Below, in pieces: positions 62,374 to 64,000 of a stretch of 64,000 nt of DNA (its first letter is position 1; the number at the start of each line of letters is the position of its first letter). The position numbers and the translations under genes are program-made. The stretch spans positions 186,001-250,000 of the forward strand of contig NW_003314361.1 in NCBI RefSeq assembly GCF_000143415.4. Reading direction: 5' to 3'. Below the pieces are notes generated by a model. It made no database searches and was not told the origin of the DNA. It was given only the letters and a program-made list of their open reading frames with translations. The DNA is from Selaginella moellendorffii (lineage: Eukaryota; Plantae; Lycopodiophyta).

Positions 62374-63510
62374 TTATTTACCTTTGATGTTGTCGAGCTT
62401 CTTGGAGATGACGACCGCGGAGCACGTCACGATGATCCCCAGAGCGAGACCGGATGCCCACGAGTGAGCGTCAAATCTCTCGAACTCTGGAAGACACCGC
62501 GACAGGAAACCTTTGATCATGGACTTGGTCTTCGCGATGGTTCCAGTTCCGCCACCACCGCTACCATGGTAATCGCCTCCATTCGTTGCTATGGATTCCA
62601 CCGGGGGATGAGCGACGTCCACGAGAGGAGGTGGCGGCGGAGGAGCTTCGTGATGATCCAGCGCAATCTCATCGCTGCGTTCCTCGTAGACTTTGGCGAA
62701 ACCTCCCAGTTCTGCTTTTGGATCCTCCCCCGCGATGAAATGCTGTTCTTTGATTTCCTGGGTCGTGTCCTCCACGGGCAGCTTTTCTTCTTCCTTTACC
62801 TCCTCTTCGCGTGAATTATCTTCCTCCTCCTCCAGTTCTCGCAGTAAATTCGATCCCTTCTCGGTCACTGGCACTTGCTCTTCCTTCTCTCGTGGTAGCT
62901 TGGCCTTCTCCTCGATCACTGGCACTTGGTCCTCCTGTTGGGCCTTCTCCTCGGTCACTGGCAGTTGTTCTTCCTGTTCTCGTGGTATCTCCTCGATTGG
63001 GGACACTTGTTCTTCCTGTTCTCGTGGTAACTTGGCTTTTTCCTCTGGCACTTGTTCTTCCTGTTCTCGTCGTAAGTTGGCCTTCTTCGCTGGCACTTGT
63101 TTTTCCTGGATCGCTGGTTCCTCTAAGTTCACAACTTGTTCTTCCTGTCCTCCTTTCTCGATCGCTGGTTCCTGCTCCGGCGGTACTTGTTCTTCCTCCT
63201 CCCATGGTAAGACGGCTTTCTTCTCGACCTCCGGTGCTTTTCCCTCCACCACTGGAGCTTCTTCTTGCTCTTCTTTTGTTTCCTCCAAATTCTCGTCCTT
63301 GTCGACCACCGGCAAGCTCGAATTTCCAATCGCGTCGTCCTCGTTGGAAGCTACATCGGTTTTTCCCGCCTGGGAATCAACGCCGTCGTCCACATTCCCG
63401 CTCCCTTTCTTGGGACCGGAAACCTCTAAATCGGAGATTACCTCGCCGCTCTCCGCGGCCTTGTTCGCGCCATCCTCGATCGATCGAGACTCTAGATTCG
63501 TCGCCTCCAT
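62374..63510 (-). CDS. Acidic Glu-rich repetitive protein with C-terminal hydrophobic helix (likely tail-anchored), intronless
   Basis: Long ORF with REQEEQVP.EEKAKLP repeats; WASGLALGIIVTCSAVVISKK tail; first ATG at 63510 with a telo-box just upstream. Confidence 0.7.
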   Translation of the reverse strand: MEATNLESRSIEDGANKAAESGEVISDLEVSGPKKGSGNVDDGVDSQAGKTDVASNEDDAIGNSSLPVVDKDENLEETKEEQEEAPVVEGKAPEVEKKAVLPWEEEEQVPPEQEPAIEKGGQEEQVVNLEEPAIQEKQVPAKKANLRREQEEQVPEEKAKLPREQEEQVSPIEEIPREQEEQLPVTEEKAQQEDQVPVIEEKAKLPREKEEQVPVTEKGSNLLRELEEEEDNSREEEVKEEEKLPVEDTTQEIKEQHFIAGEDPKAELGGFAKVYEERSDEIALDHHEAPPPPPPLVDVAHPPVESIATNGGDYHGSGGGGTGTIAKTKSMIKGFLSRCLPEFERFDAHSWASGLALGIIVTCSAVVISKKLDNIKGK

Positions 63511-63881
63511 CGCTTCCCTTTCTAAAACCCTAGCTCGCAAAGGAAAGTTTTTTACTTTTTTTAAACGACATTTAGCTAACGCTAACGTAATGGAAGAGAA
63601 AGCGCCGCGTCTTCCAGCATCGCGTCGCCATTCCCGCACAGAATGGGCCACGGTTGATGTCAGCTGAAGTAGTGAAAATTCCGGCTTCTTCAACCCAGCT
63701 ATGGCGGATTTGTGCTTCCCCTTGGCGGCAGGGGTCTTTCGAAGTGTTGCATGATCTGAGGGGCTGCCGCTGCTGCTCCACTAGCATCTACTGTTTGTCA
63801 AATCAAAGCTTCTTTGGGTCCGTTCTTCTTGGATCACATTTGCAAATGTTTTGGGAAATCTATGGATTGCTATAGGAGTAT

Positions 63882-64000
63882 ATGGAGGCCGTGAGGAGCT
63901 CTTACGCTACGACCCTGCGCCAGTGTCGAGATGCGGGGTCACTTCCGCAAGGTAGATCCATTCACCAAAAGATCATGCTCGCTCAACACACTTGTCAAGA
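63882..64000 (+). CDS. 5' end of a probable PLS-PPR gene, running off the window
   Basis: MEAVRSSYATTLRQC...SLPQGRSIHQKI resembles the first L motif of the other PPRs. Confidence 0.65.
   Translation, partial: MEAVRSSYATTLRQCRDAGSLPQGRSIHQKIMLAQHTCQ

Overview
Eukaryotic land-plant nuclear DNA, extremely gene-dense, with short introns (mostly about 45-90 nt). The compactness and the arrays of 31-aa SS-type PPR motifs strongly suggest the lycophyte Selaginella (inference, not a database result). About 25 genes are present: two tandem SULTR/SLC26 transporters, PIR/SRA1, a VQ protein, ZNHIT2 plus a decayed duplicate, an intronless 2OG-Fe(II) oxygenase of a microbial-looking family, a small MGSLMAGW-family protein, a CYP716-like P450, four PLS-PPR genes, DPH6, a G-protein gamma subunit, proteasome alpha-6, PP1, SWEET, a secreted Gly-rich protein, RPL35a, a MAGL/CSE-like hydrolase, an O-fucosyltransferase, GCP5, PCC13-62, an ankyrin kinase, WNK and a Glu-rich tail-anchored protein. 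Most notable: (1) the second SULTR has lost the conserved TM8 proton-coupling Glu (E to Q) while gaining a Glu at the start of TM3; (2) the microbial-type 2OG oxygenase carries a putative NLS; (3) six P1BS motifs cluster in about 550 bp of intergenic DNA, near a perfect 49-bp-arm palindrome; (4) a roughly 5-kb duplicate has collapsed to a 0.5-kb relic, and a gene fragment from 31 kb away sits at a duplication junction; (5) several same-strand genes are only 40-190 nt apart; (6) the G-gamma CaaX box is masked. No tRNA, rRNA, CRISPR array or intact transposon was recognised. Gene spans include introns and were read by eye.
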